From contig JBKBIN010000007.1 of the NCBI GenBank assembly GCA_046296715.1, positions 1 to 64,000 on the forward strand: a DNA stretch of 64,000 nucleotides. Reading direction: 5' to 3'. The notes beneath the pieces are model-generated. The model worked only from the letters and a program-made list of their open reading frames with translations. It did not search any database and was not told where the DNA came from. The position numbers and the translations under genes were made by a program. How positions within the stretch are numbered: position 1 is the stretch's first letter; the number at the start of each line of letters is the position of its first letter. Origin of the DNA: Candidatus Ratteibacteria bacterium (GTDB lineage: Bacteria > Ratteibacteria > UBA8468 > B48-G9 > JAFGKM01). Positions 22,180 through 32,477 of this stretch are shown here, one piece after another.

Positions 22180-22737
22180 ATGATTTTTGTAGGACTTGGG
22201 AATTCTGGTAAAGAATATGAAGAAACAAGGCATAATGTTGGTTTTAAAGTTATTGAAAAATTAAGAAAAGATAGTAGAGTTATGCAAGTTTACAGAAAAA
22301 AGCTTTTTAATGGATGGGAAGTAGAAATAGAGGGGAAAAAAATAATAATTGTAAAGCCAAAAACTTATATTAATGAAAGTGGTAAAGCAGTAAAGGATGC
22401 TCTTGATTTCTTTAATAAAAAGATTGAAGATTTGTTTTTGATTCATGATGAACTTGCGATAGAACTTGGAAAAATAAAAATTACAAAAGACAAAGGACCT
22501 GGTGGACATAAAGGAGTATTATCTATAATAGAAAATTTACAAAGCAATAACTTTGTCAGAATAAGAATAGGTATAAAAGGTCAAAAGATAGAAAAAAGTT
22601 TTGTAGAATATGTTTTATCTCCATTTCTTCCTGAAGAAAAAGAAATAATAGAAAAAGTGATAGAAAAAAGTGTAAATGCAATAAAAGAAATATTAAAAAG
22701 TAATTTGGAAAAAGCAATGAGTTTATATAATAATTAA
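22180..22737 (+). CDS. pth: Peptidyl-tRNA hydrolase
   Basis: VGLGN, TRHNVGF, KPKTY.N.SG, HDEL, GGHKG and RIRIGI; follows rplY. Confidence 0.94.
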   Translation: MIFVGLGNSGKEYEETRHNVGFKVIEKLRKDSRVMQVYRKKLFNGWEVEIEGKKIIIVKPKTYINESGKAVKDALDFFNKKIEDLFLIHDELAIELGKIKITKDKGPGGHKGVLSIIENLQSNNFVRIRIGIKGQKIEKSFVEYVLSPFLPEEKEIIEKVIEKSVNAIKEILKSNLEKAMSLYNN

Positions 22738-22756
22738 AAAAGAAAAAGGGGGTTTT

Positions 22757-24451
22757 ATGTTAAGTGATCTTGAAATTGCCCAGAAAGCAAAAATAAAACA
22801 TATAAAAGAAATTGCCGAGATAGCAGGAATTGAAGAAGAATATCTTGAACTATATGGAAATTATAAAGCAAAAGTTTCATTGGATATTCTTAAGAAACTT
22901 GAAGGTAGAAAAAACGGTAAATATATTGATGTAACAGCAATAACTCCAACACCTTTAGGAGAAGGTAAAACAGTAACAACAATAGGGCTTTCTCAGGCGA
23001 TTGGTAAACTTGGTAAAAAAGTTTTTACCTGTATAAGACAACCATCACTTGGTCCTGTTTTTGGTATTAAAGGTGGAGCTGCTGGTGGAGGATATTCACA
23101 GGTAATTCCAATGGAAGATTTTAACTTACATTTAACTGGAGATGTTCATGCAGTTGGCATTGCTCACAATTTACTTGCTGCCTTTGTTGACAACGCTGTT
23201 TATAAAGGAAATTCTTTAAATATAGACCCATTAACAATTACCTGGCCAAGAGTTGTTGATGTTTCAGATAGATTTTTAAGACACATAATAATTGGACTTG
23301 GTGGAAAAGAGAATGGTTTTCCAAGAGAGACAGGTTTTGATATAACAGTTGCTTCAGAGGTGATGGCAATTCTTGCTTTAACAAGAGGACTTTTTGATTT
23401 AAGGAAAAGATTGTCAAAAATTATAGTTGCACAAACTTACGATAAAAAACCCGTTACAGCAGAAGATGTTAAAGCAGCTGGAGCAATGACTGTTTTGTTA
23501 AAAGATGCTATAAAACCAAATTTACTTCAAACACTTGAACACACTCCTGTTTTTGTCCATGCAGGTCCTTTTGCAAATATTGCTCATGGAAATAGTTCAA
23601 TAATTGCTGATCTTATTGCTATTAAACTTGCTGAATATGTTGTAACTGAAAGTGGATTTGGTGCTGATTGTGGTATGGAAAAATTTATGAATATAAAATG
23701 TAGATATAGTGGACTTAAACCCGACTGTGTTGTAATTGTTTGTTCAATAAGGGCTCTGAAAGCACATAGTGGAAAATACAAAGTAATTCCTGGAAAACCT
23801 CTTGATAAAGGACTTGTTGAAGAAAATATTCCTGCCATTGAGCAAGGGGCAAGTAATCTAAGAAAACAAATAGAAAATGCTAAAATTTTTGGCATACCTT
23901 GTGTTGTAGCTATAAATAAGTTCAATACAGATACAGAGAAAGAAATTGAAAAGGTTAAAGAACTTGCTATTGAATTTGGTGCAGATGATGTAGCAGTAAG
24001 TGAAGTATGGGAAAAGGGTGGAGAAGGAGGACTTGAACTTGCTGAAAAAGTTATTAAGGCATGCGAAAAAGAGAAAGATTTTAAATTTTTATATCCGCTT
24101 GAATGGCCAATAAAGAAAAAAATAGAGACGATTGCAACAAAAATTTATGGAGCAGAAAAAGTTGAGTATTCTCCTTTAGCAGAGGAAAAAATAAATCTTT
24201 ATACAAAATGGGGTTTTGAAAATTTACCAATATGTATGGCAAAAACACATCTTTCTTTATCTCATGATCCAAATTTAAAAGGTGCTCCAAAAGGATTTAC
24301 ACTTCCAATTAGAGATATTAGAATTTCTGCAGGTGCTGGATTTTTGTATCCTTTATGTGGAGAAATGAGAACGATGCCAGGACTTCCAAGTCAACCTGCA
24401 GGAACAAAAGTAGATATAGATGAAGAAGGAAAAGTTGTTGGACTTTTCTAA
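22757..24451 (+). CDS. fhs: Formate--tetrahydrofolate ligase
   Basis: TPLGEGKT, GIKGGAAGGGYSQ, HAGPFANIAHG, TESGFGAD and MPGLP. Confidence 0.97.
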   Translation: MLSDLEIAQKAKIKHIKEIAEIAGIEEEYLELYGNYKAKVSLDILKKLEGRKNGKYIDVTAITPTPLGEGKTVTTIGLSQAIGKLGKKVFTCIRQPSLGPVFGIKGGAAGGGYSQVIPMEDFNLHLTGDVHAVGIAHNLLAAFVDNAVYKGNSLNIDPLTITWPRVVDVSDRFLRHIIIGLGGKENGFPRETGFDITVASEVMAILALTRGLFDLRKRLSKIIVAQTYDKKPVTAEDVKAAGAMTVLLKDAIKPNLLQTLEHTPVFVHAGPFANIAHGNSSIIADLIAIKLAEYVVTESGFGADCGMEKFMNIKCRYSGLKPDCVVIVCSIRALKAHSGKYKVIPGKPLDKGLVEENIPAIEQGASNLRKQIENAKIFGIPCVVAINKFNTDTEKEIEKVKELAIEFGADDVAVSEVWEKGGEGGLELAEKVIKACEKEKDFKFLYPLEWPIKKKIETIATKIYGAEKVEYSPLAEEKINLYTKWGFENLPICMAKTHLSLSHDPNLKGAPKGFTLPIRDIRISAGAGFLYPLCGEMRTMPGLPSQPAGTKVDIDEEGKVVGLF

Positions 24452-24453
24452 AA

Positions 24454-25164
24454 ATGTTAAAAATTGAAAATATAAGTGTAAAAGGTGGAGATAGTTTAAT
24501 ACTAAAAGATGTCTCTTTGAGTATTAATGAAAATGAAAGAATGGTTATTTTTGGACCAAATGGTTCTGGTAAATCAACACTTATAAAATCAATTATCGGA
24601 ATCTCAAATTATAAAATTGTAAAAGGTAGAATATTTTTCAATAATGTTGATATAACAGATATACCGATTAGCGAAAGGGCTAAGATGGGCATAGGTATTA
24701 TGTTTCAAAATCCTCCAAAAATCTATGGAATTAAAATTTCACAACTTGCAAGATATCTTTCTAAAAACGAACAAGAGATAAAAGAAATTGCAGAAAAGTT
24801 AAAAGTTGATGAACTTTTAAAAAGAGATTTGAATGTTGACCTATCGGGAGGAGAGATTAAAAGAGTTGAATTATTTCAGATTTTATTACAGAAACCAAAA
24901 TTACTTTTACTTGATGAACCTGAGTCAGGAGTTGATATAGAGAATATTTCAATTATGGGAAATGTTTTAAATGATTATATCCAAAAAACAAAATGTTCTG
25001 CTTTAATTATTACGCATACTGGCTACATACTTGATTATGTCAAAGGAGAAAAGGGTTGTGTTATGATAAATGGAAAAATAACCTGTCAGAGTGATCCTCA
25101 AATTGTTTTTGATATGATTAAAAAATATGGATATGAAAAATGCGAGGAATGTAAATGGAAATAA
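24454..25164 (+). CDS. sufC: SufC/SmsC-like Fe-S assembly ABC ATPase
   Basis: GPNGSGKST, LSGGE.KR, LDEPESGVD and ITH; C-terminal YEKCEEC. Confidence 0.88.
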   Translation: MLKIENISVKGGDSLILKDVSLSINENERMVIFGPNGSGKSTLIKSIIGISNYKIVKGRIFFNNVDITDIPISERAKMGIGIMFQNPPKIYGIKISQLARYLSKNEQEIKEIAEKLKVDELLKRDLNVDLSGGEIKRVELFQILLQKPKLLLLDEPESGVDIENISIMGNVLNDYIQKTKCSALIITHTGYILDYVKGEKGCVMINGKITCQSDPQIVFDMIKKYGYEKCEECKWK

Positions 25165-26225
25165 AAAGCGATGAAATAAAGGAGATTGAAAGAGTTGGTT
25201 TTGATATAGAAGAAAAGGAAAGATCTGGAAGTTTCCTACAAAAAGATAAAGAAGTGATTTTAACAAAAACAATTCAGGAAGGAGTTGAGATTTTACCAAT
25301 TGAAAAAGCACTTGAAAATTATCCAGAAATTAAAGAAAAATATTACGGTTATTCTTTTAAAAAGTTAAATAAAGATTTTCCAAAAGATACAGAAGGTGGG
25401 TATTTTATTAGAATAAGAAAAGGAGTAAAAACTTTATTTCCTGTGCAGGCATGTTTGTATATAAAGACAAAAAAATTCAAGCAAAAAATCCATAATATTG
25501 TTATAGTTGAAGAAGATGCTCAAGTTTACATAATAACAGGTTGCACAAGTGCAAAGGAAACAGAAGATGCTTATCATCTTGGAATAACAGAGTTTTATGT
25601 TAAGAAAAATGGATTTTTAAATTTTACAATGATACATTCATGGAAAAAAGATATTGAAGTCCAACCTTTAAGTATAGCAATAGTAGAGGAAGAAGGAATT
25701 TTCATTTCAAATTATATATCATTAACTCCTGTAAAAAAAATAGTTATGTATCCAACAACAATACTTGATGGTGAAAATTCAAAATTCAGGTCTTCTTCTA
25801 TTATTGTTTCTTATTCAGATTCATATCAGGATATAGGTTCAAGGTGTATCCTTTCAAACAAAAATACTTCAGCAGAGATAATAAGTAGAGCAATAAGTTA
25901 TGGTGGTAAAGTTATTGCAAGAGGACATATAAAAGCAGATTCGCCTATAGTTAAAGGACATCTTGAATGCAGGGGACTTATAATAAATGAAGAAGGAGTT
26001 ATTCACGCTATTCCAGAACTTGAAACATCATATCGTGATGTTGAACTTTCTCATGAAGCAGCAATAGGTAAAATAAAAAGAGAAGAGATTGAATATCTTG
26101 CAAGTAGAGGGATACCTGAGGAAGAGGCACAATCAATGATAATAAGAGGATTTATAAATGTTGAAATGCTTGGATTACCTGAATTTCTTGAAAAAGAAAT
26201 AAAAAAGATAGTTGAAAAAATTTAA
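25155..26225 (+). CDS. sufB: SufB/SmsB-like Fe-S assembly protein (SufBD family)
   Basis: PVQAC, ITGC, MIHSW, GHLECRGL, LSHEAAIGKI and YLASRG. Confidence 0.88.
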   Translation: MEIKSDEIKEIERVGFDIEEKERSGSFLQKDKEVILTKTIQEGVEILPIEKALENYPEIKEKYYGYSFKKLNKDFPKDTEGGYFIRIRKGVKTLFPVQACLYIKTKKFKQKIHNIVIVEEDAQVYIITGCTSAKETEDAYHLGITEFYVKKNGFLNFTMIHSWKKDIEVQPLSIAIVEEEGIFISNYISLTPVKKIVMYPTTILDGENSKFRSSSIIVSYSDSYQDIGSRCILSNKNTSAEIISRAISYGGKVIARGHIKADSPIVKGHLECRGLIINEEGVIHAIPELETSYRDVELSHEAAIGKIKREEIEYLASRGIPEEEAQSMIIRGFINVEMLGLPEFLEKEIKKIVEKI

Positions 26226-26230
26226 GTAAA

Positions 26231-26779
26231 ATGAAGAAAAGGTTTTTGATCTATTTGTTTATTCTGATTTTTGGTATTTTGTCTATTAAATTTTACGAAT
26301 CAAGAATTTTAAATATATTATGGGTAAAAGCAGATATAAGTTTTCATCTTGGTAATTATGACCGTGCAGAGAAATATCTTGGGAAAATAATAAAACTTAA
26401 TCCAAATCTTGTTGATGCTTATGTTTTGAAAGCATGGCTTGAATGGAGTCAGGCAATATCAAAAAATGATAATAAAAAATTAAATTCTGCTATAAAAACT
26501 TTAAGAATTGGACAATGGCATAATCCTTTTGGTTTTCAACTTTATCTTGAAGAAGGAATTATGTGGAATGCCTTTGGAAATGATGAAGAGGCATTAAAAG
26601 CATTTAAAAAAGTTTATGTAATTGGAACAATACCATATGTAAGAATGTATCCTCATAAATTAAGACAGATGGGTAAGTTATATGAAGCATATAAAGCAAT
26701 GAAAAAAATATATGAAAAATATAAAGATGATGTTACTTTGCAATGCCTTGAAAGAATAAAAAGAGAATTAACAACTTAA
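26231..26779 (+). CDS. TPR-like protein with N-terminal signal/anchor
   Basis: Hydrophobic N-terminus and a TPR-like GNYDRAEKYLGKIIKLNPNLVDAY segment. Confidence 0.65.
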   Translation: MKKRFLIYLFILIFGILSIKFYESRILNILWVKADISFHLGNYDRAEKYLGKIIKLNPNLVDAYVLKAWLEWSQAISKNDNKKLNSAIKTLRIGQWHNPFGFQLYLEEGIMWNAFGNDEEALKAFKKVYVIGTIPYVRMYPHKLRQMGKLYEAYKAMKKIYEKYKDDVTLQCLERIKRELTT

Positions 26780-27606
26780 CTTTCCAATAAAGCCATTAGT
26801 TTCTTTCCATATGTTATATAGGTTTTATAAGTAATTTCAGGGTCTCCAACTTTCCCTTCGTGAACTACACTTGCTAAATGTGGTTCTATAGAAACAAAAC
26901 CTTTATATCCACTTTTCTTTAAATCTAAAAGAATTTCTTTTACCATTGCTTGTCCTTCCCCTGGGAAAGTTGCTCTTCCTTCTTTGTTATAATCTTTAAT
27001 ATGGACATATTCTATATATGGTTTTACTTTAATATAAAAATCCCATGGATTAACTTCCTTATTATGAGCAACAACATTTCCTGTATCATACAAAAGTTTA
27101 AAATTAGGTGAATTCATTTCTTCTGCTAACCTTATCATATTTTCGGCACTTTCTCCTCCCCATCCAGAACAATTTTCATGAACTATAATTATTCCACTAT
27201 CCTCGGCTATTTTAACCAACTCTTTCATTCTTCTTATAACTTCTTTTGACCATTTTTCTTCATCCCAAGGATTATCTTTATCATTTGGCCAAGACATAAC
27301 TCTAATATATCTTGTATTAAATTTTTTCATCCTTGGTATTGCTCTTTTTAGTTCATCGTAATCCTTTTTAAAATCGTCTGAGATTTTCGTAGCCCAGTTT
27401 GCAATACAACTACTAAAACAGGAAACTTTCATATTTGCTTCTACAACTTTTTTATAAATTTCTTCAAATTTTTCATCACTCATCATAGTTAAGTTCTCTT
27501 TATCTACATTTCTTAATTCCATATATTCCCATCCAAGTTCTTTATGGGCTTTAATCTGTGTTTCAATTGCTTGTCCTGCTTCATCACTAATTCCAGTAAA
27601 TATCAT
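26776..27606 (-). CDS. Sugar phosphate isomerase/epimerase (xylose isomerase-like TIM barrel)
   Basis: GISDEA, HENC, YDTGN, HIKD and SIEPH metal ligands. Confidence 0.88.
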   Translation of the reverse strand: MIFTGISDEAGQAIETQIKAHKELGWEYMELRNVDKENLTMMSDEKFEEIYKKVVEANMKVSCFSSCIANWATKISDDFKKDYDELKRAIPRMKKFNTRYIRVMSWPNDKDNPWDEEKWSKEVIRRMKELVKIAEDSGIIIVHENCSGWGGESAENMIRLAEEMNSPNFKLLYDTGNVVAHNKEVNPWDFYIKVKPYIEYVHIKDYNKEGRATFPGEGQAMVKEILLDLKKSGYKGFVSIEPHLASVVHEGKVGDPEITYKTYITYGKKLMALLES

Positions 27607-27629
27607 TTTGTCCTCCCTTTTAATAAATA

Positions 27630-27659
27630 ATTTTATATCAAAAAAGAGTCATAAGTCAA
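27630..27659 (-). promoter_or_regulatory. Putative sigma70 promoter for the isomerase gene
   Basis: Minus strand reads TTGACT, 16-18 nt spacer, then TATAAA/TAAAAT, upstream of RBS GGGAGG. Confidence 0.45.
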
Positions 27660-27741
27660 CTTTTTACTAAATCTCTAATTCTAAAACTTCTTTCAAATAT
27701 GCTATATATCCGAAATATGTTGAAATACAATCATTCCCACT

Positions 27742-27760
27742 TAACACCTCGTAGGTGTTA
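27742..27760. repeat. 19-bp palindrome TAACACCT-CGT-AGGTGTTA, copy 1
   Basis: Perfect 8-bp inverted repeat with a 3-nt spacer; identical to 50042-50060. Confidence 0.85.
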
Positions 27761-27863
27761 TTGGTCAAAAAGGTATTACGCAGGTAGAAGATTTGTAAAA
27801 CTTATTGTTTTTTAAACTTTTTTAAAGTAAAATTATAGTTAAAAATTTAAAAAGGAGGCAAAT

Positions 27864-29216
27864 GTGGGCAAAACTTTTTCTTTAATACCAAAACAAGTTA
27901 AAAAAATTGAGACAAAATATAGAAGAATAGTAACTAATATTCCTGTTCCTGAGTCAATCCCAATTCTTGAAAAATTAAGGAAATATGAGCCAATTTCAAT
28001 GACAGGACAACCACCAATTATATGGGATAAAGCAATTGGTGTAAATGTATATGATAAATATGGAAATATGTTTCTTGATTTTTCTTCTGGTGTTCTTGTT
28101 GCAAATGCAGGTCATGGAAATGAACTTGTTATTGAAGAAATAAAAAAACAGATAGAAAAACCACTTTTACATAATTATTGTTTTCCTTCAGAGATAAGAG
28201 CAGAACTTGTTGAAAAGATTGCTTCTTTATCTCCTGAACCATTGAAGAAAGTTTTTTTGCTTACAACAGGGGCAGAGGCAGTTGAATGTGCAATTAAACT
28301 TGCAAGAACTTATGGAAAGTCAAGAAATAAAAAAGTTATTATCTCTTTTGAAGGTGCTTTTCATGGAAGAACTCTTGGAGCACAAATGATAGGAGGAATC
28401 CCAAGTTTAAAAGAATGGATTATTAATCCTGATCCTGACATTATTCAGGTTCCTTTTCCAGGAGATCCAAGAACAAAAGACAAAAGTTTTGATCTGTTTT
28501 TAAAAACACTTAAAGAAAAAAAGATAAAAGAAGAGAATGTTTGTGCTGTTATAAGTGAAACATATCAAGGAGGAAATGCTTCTTTAATGCCGGTAGAATA
28601 TGCAAAACAATTAAGAGAGTGGTGTGATAAGAATGGAGTTTTATTGATATTTGATGAGATACAGGCAGGTTTTGGGAGAACTGGAACTTTTTGGGGATTC
28701 CAACATTATGGTATAATTCCTGATTTATTTGTTCTTGGTAAAGGTATTTCAAGTTCTCTTCCTATATCTGCTGTTGTTGGTAAAAAAGAAATTATGGACC
28801 AATATGAACCAGGAACTATGACAAGTACACATACAGGAAATCCTTTATGCTGTGCTGCAGCCCTTGGAAGTATAAATTATATTGAAAAATATAGGTTATG
28901 GGAAAATGCAAAGAAGATGGGAGAAATTTTTGAGGAAAAATTATCTGATTTGAAAAAATATAATTGTGTTGGTTTTGTTTGTGGTAAAGGTCTTGTATGG
29001 GGATTGCATATAGTAAAGAATGGGACAGAACCAGACCCTGATACTGCATTTAAAATTGTAGAAAAATCTTTTGAAAAAGGCCTTTTGTTTTTTGCTCCTG
29101 TTGGTTATAAAGGAGCAACTATAAAGGTTAACCCTCCTTTAATTATAAATGAAAAGGCGATTATAGAAGGATGTGATGTAATAAAAGAAGCAATTGAGGA
29201 GGTCTTAATTGGATGA
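27864..29216 (+). CDS. Class III PLP-dependent aminotransferase
   Basis: TGAEAVE, FHGRT, DEIQAGFGRTG, PLP Lys in GKGIS and STHTGNP; GTG start after AGGAGG. Confidence 0.92.
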   Translation: MGKTFSLIPKQVKKIETKYRRIVTNIPVPESIPILEKLRKYEPISMTGQPPIIWDKAIGVNVYDKYGNMFLDFSSGVLVANAGHGNELVIEEIKKQIEKPLLHNYCFPSEIRAELVEKIASLSPEPLKKVFLLTTGAEAVECAIKLARTYGKSRNKKVIISFEGAFHGRTLGAQMIGGIPSLKEWIINPDPDIIQVPFPGDPRTKDKSFDLFLKTLKEKKIKEENVCAVISETYQGGNASLMPVEYAKQLREWCDKNGVLLIFDEIQAGFGRTGTFWGFQHYGIIPDLFVLGKGISSSLPISAVVGKKEIMDQYEPGTMTSTHTGNPLCCAAALGSINYIEKYRLWENAKKMGEIFEEKLSDLKKYNCVGFVCGKGLVWGLHIVKNGTEPDPDTAFKIVEKSFEKGLLFFAPVGYKGATIKVNPPLIINEKAIIEGCDVIKEAIEEVLIG

Positions 29217-30444
29217 AATTAAAAAATTAATTGAGAAAAATTTGGAAGAGACAAAAGAATTTTTAAAGGAACTAATAAGGTTTGATAGTATTAGTGGGAT
29301 TGGAGAGGAAAAGATTCAGGAATTTATTTATGAGAAATTTAAAAATTTTGGGAATTGTAAACTTGTTCAGATAGAACAAGATATAAAAAAAGACCCTGAA
29401 TATACTTTTGGAGATATAGATTATGATTACACTAAAAGGAAAAATCTTTGTCTTGAAATTGGAAATGGCAATAAATACACTCTTATTTTAAATACTCATT
29501 CAGATATTGTTCCTGCTTATAACTGGGAAAAAGCGTTTTTGTCTGAAGAAAAAGATGGTTTTATCTATGGAAGAGGTGCCTGTGATGCAAAAGGTCAAAT
29601 AGCAACAATTTATTTAGTTTTATTGTCTCTTAAAAATTTAAATAAAAAATTTTCTGGTAAACTTATTGTTGAAATTGTAATTGAAGAAGAAGTTGGCGGA
29701 AATGGAACTCTTTCTTTGATAAAACAGGGATATAAAGGGGATGGAGTTATTGTTCTTGAACCAACTGAATTAAAAATTACGCCTTCCAATAGAGGAGCAG
29801 TTTGGTTTAAACTTGAATTATTTGGTAAGAGTGTTCATATGGGTAAAATCTGGGAGGGAGTTAATGCGATTGAAAAGTTCTGTTATCTTTATCCAAAATT
29901 TAAAGAATTTGAGAAGAAACTTATAGAAGAAAGTAAAAATGTCCCATTATTTGAAAAGTTTAAACAGCCGGTTCAATTGAATTTTGGAGTTATTAAAGGA
30001 GATGGATGGCCAAGTATGGTATGTGGAAAGGTTGAAATTGAAGGTGGAATTGGTTTTTTACCTAATAAAACATTAAAGGAGATAAAATATGAATTTGAAA
30101 ATATTATAAAAAATTGTGGTGATCAATGGATTATTTCAAATTATAGATTATCTTTTCCCAAACTACATAACGATTCTTATTCTATACCATCTGACCACAT
30201 ACTTGTAAAAACAATAGAAAAAGCATGTTTTGAATCAGATTTTCAACCAGTTGTTGAAGGATTTATTGCAAGTTGTGATGCTCGTTTATTTAATAAAGTA
30301 GGAAATATGCCTGTAGTTGTCTTTGGTCCTGGTTCACTTGATGATGCACATTCAGACCATGAAAAAATAAAGATTGAAGATATAAAAAAAGCAGGAGAAA
30401 TTTTATTAAGAACAATCTTAAATTTAATGGAGGCGGAAAAATGA
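29209..30444 (+). CDS. M20 family metallopeptidase/deacetylase (ArgE/DapE-like)
   Basis: HSDIVP, GRGACDAKG, EEEVGG and AHSDHE. Confidence 0.9.
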   Translation: MDEIKKLIEKNLEETKEFLKELIRFDSISGIGEEKIQEFIYEKFKNFGNCKLVQIEQDIKKDPEYTFGDIDYDYTKRKNLCLEIGNGNKYTLILNTHSDIVPAYNWEKAFLSEEKDGFIYGRGACDAKGQIATIYLVLLSLKNLNKKFSGKLIVEIVIEEEVGGNGTLSLIKQGYKGDGVIVLEPTELKITPSNRGAVWFKLELFGKSVHMGKIWEGVNAIEKFCYLYPKFKEFEKKLIEESKNVPLFEKFKQPVQLNFGVIKGDGWPSMVCGKVEIEGGIGFLPNKTLKEIKYEFENIIKNCGDQWIISNYRLSFPKLHNDSYSIPSDHILVKTIEKACFESDFQPVVEGFIASCDARLFNKVGNMPVVVFGPGSLDDAHSDHEKIKIEDIKKAGEILLRTILNLMEAEK

Positions 30445-31508
30445 TAAAACTTGGAATAATTGGTCTTGGAAAGTTTGGAACAAATATTTTAAATACATAT
30501 AAACAACTTGAAAGAAAAGGTATTTGCAAACTTGTTGCTATATGTGATATAAATGAGAAAGTTTTGGATGAGCAGGTGAAAAAATATAAAACGAAAGGAT
30601 ATATTGATTATAAAGAAATGCTTGAGAAAGAAGAATTTGATGGGATTGCAATTGCTACACCTGATCCATTTCATAAAGAACCGGTTATTTATTGTGCAAA
30701 TAAAAAAATTCATATTTTTGTTGAAAAGCCATTAGATATAACTGTAGAAGGATGTATTGAAATGATAGAAGTTTGTAAAAAAAATAATGTACTACTTCAG
30801 GTAGATTTTCATAAAAGATTTGATCCTTTCCATCAAACAATTAAAAAAGATATAGAACAAGGAAAAATTGGTAAGATAGAATATGGTTCTGTTCATATGG
30901 AGGATAAAATTGTTGTTCCGAGGGATTGGTTTCCTAACTGGGCTGATAAAAGTTCACCTGTTTGGTTTCTTGGAGTTCACTTTTTTGACTTAATGAGGTG
31001 GTTTTTGAAAAGTAATGGTAAGAAGGTCTTTGCTAAAGGAATAAAAAATAAATTAAAATCGCTTGGAATAAATACATTTGATGCAGTTAAAGCAATTGTT
31101 GAGTTTGAAAATGGTGCTATTATTTCTTTTGAACTTTCTTGGATTTTACCAGAAAATTTTGAAAGTATTGTCAACCAAGGTTTTAAACTTGTTGGAGAAA
31201 AGGGAATTATAGAGTGTGATAGTCAGGATAGAGGAACAAGAGTTTGTTATGAAAGTTCTGGTGTTATGACTTATAATCCTGTTTTTATAAATGAAGTTGA
31301 AAAATTTGGTGAGATTTTTTATTCTGGATATGGTATTGAAAGTATTGAAGATTTTGTTTATAATATAAAATATTTAAAAGATGGTTGGAAAATAGATGAT
31401 CTTTTGAAAAATAGAACAATTGCAGTTGGTGATGATGGACTTGAAGCAACAAAAATTGCTGTAGCAGTCCATAAAAGTATAGAAACTCAGAAAGAAGAAG
31501 AAATTTAG
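30441..31508 (+). CDS. Gfo/Idh/MocA family oxidoreductase
   Basis: GLGKFG Rossmann motif, ATPD, EKP and HKRFDP. Confidence 0.9.
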   Translation: MIKLGIIGLGKFGTNILNTYKQLERKGICKLVAICDINEKVLDEQVKKYKTKGYIDYKEMLEKEEFDGIAIATPDPFHKEPVIYCANKKIHIFVEKPLDITVEGCIEMIEVCKKNNVLLQVDFHKRFDPFHQTIKKDIEQGKIGKIEYGSVHMEDKIVVPRDWFPNWADKSSPVWFLGVHFFDLMRWFLKSNGKKVFAKGIKNKLKSLGINTFDAVKAIVEFENGAIISFELSWILPENFESIVNQGFKLVGEKGIIECDSQDRGTRVCYESSGVMTYNPVFINEVEKFGEIFYSGYGIESIEDFVYNIKYLKDGWKIDDLLKNRTIAVGDDGLEATKIAVAVHKSIETQKEEEI

Positions 31509-31519
31509 AGGAGAAAAAA

Positions 31520-31762
31520 ATGGCAACAAAAATAAGATTGGTAAGAATAGGGAAAAGGAATAGACCATTTTTTAGAGTGATTGCAGTAAGTGATGAAAAG
31601 GATGGAAGAGGAGATGTTCTTGAAGTTTTAGGTTATTATGATCCATTGCCTGATCCTGCTATTTTTAATGTAAAAGAAGACAGAGTTAAATATTGGTTAA
31701 GTGTTGGAGCAAAACCAAGTCGGACAGTTGAATCGTTTTTAAAGAAAAAAGGGATTATATAA
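31520..31762 (+). CDS. rpsP: 30S ribosomal protein S16
   Basis: KIRLVRIG, RPFFR, GYYDP and WLSVGAKPS. Confidence 0.96.
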   Translation: MATKIRLVRIGKRNRPFFRVIAVSDEKDGRGDVLEVLGYYDPLPDPAIFNVKEDRVKYWLSVGAKPSRTVESFLKKKGII

Positions 31763-31769
31763 AATTTAA

Positions 31770-32477
31770 ATGCAAATTGATATCCTAACAATTTTCCCTG
31801 AAATTTTTACTCCATTTGATGTAAGTATTGTTAAAAGAGCAAAAGAAAAAGGGATAGTAAAGATAAGAATTTGGAATTTGAGAGATTTTTCAAAGGATAA
31901 GCATAAAAAAGTTGATGATAAAGTTTATGGTGGAGGCAAAGGTATGGTTTTAAAATGTCAGCCAATATATGATGCAGTTGAGTTTATAAAAAAGGAAAAT
32001 AAAGATGCAAAAGTTATTTTAACAAGTCCAACTGGCAAACTTTTTGATCAACAATTTGCAAAAAAGTTAAGCCAGGAAAAAGGGCTTATAATAATTTGTG
32101 GTCATTATGAAGGGATTGATGAAAGAGTGAAAAAAATATGTGATTATGAGATTTCAATAGGTGATTATATTTTAACAGGTGGTGAACTTCCTGCAATGGT
32201 TATAGTTGATTGTGTTGTCCGACTTTTAAAAGGAGTTCTACCAGAGGGTGTTCCTGTTTATGATAGTTTTTACAATTATTTATTTGACTGGCCATGTTAT
32301 ACAAGACCTAAAAATTTTAGAGGAATGAAAGTGCCAGAGATATTACTATCAGGAAATCATAAAGCAATAGAAGAGTGGAGAAAAAAAATTGCAATTGAAT
32401 ATACTAAAGAAAAGAGACCTGACCTATATGAAAAATATATAAAACAAGGAGGGAAAGATGACATTAAAAAAAGTTGA
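31770..32477 (+). CDS. trmD: tRNA (guanine37-N1)-methyltransferase
   Basis: [34 protein letters not shown] and LLSGNH. Confidence 0.97.
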   Translation: MQIDILTIFPEIFTPFDVSIVKRAKEKGIVKIRIWNLRDFSKDKHKKVDDKVYGGGKGMVLKCQPIYDAVEFIKKENKDAKVILTSPTGKLFDQQFAKKLSQEKGLIIICGHYEGIDERVKKICDYEISIGDYILTGGELPAMVIVDCVVRLLKGVLPEGVPVYDSFYNYLFDWPCYTRPKNFRGMKVPEILLSGNHKAIEEWRKKIAIEYTKEKRPDLYEKYIKQGGKDDIKKS

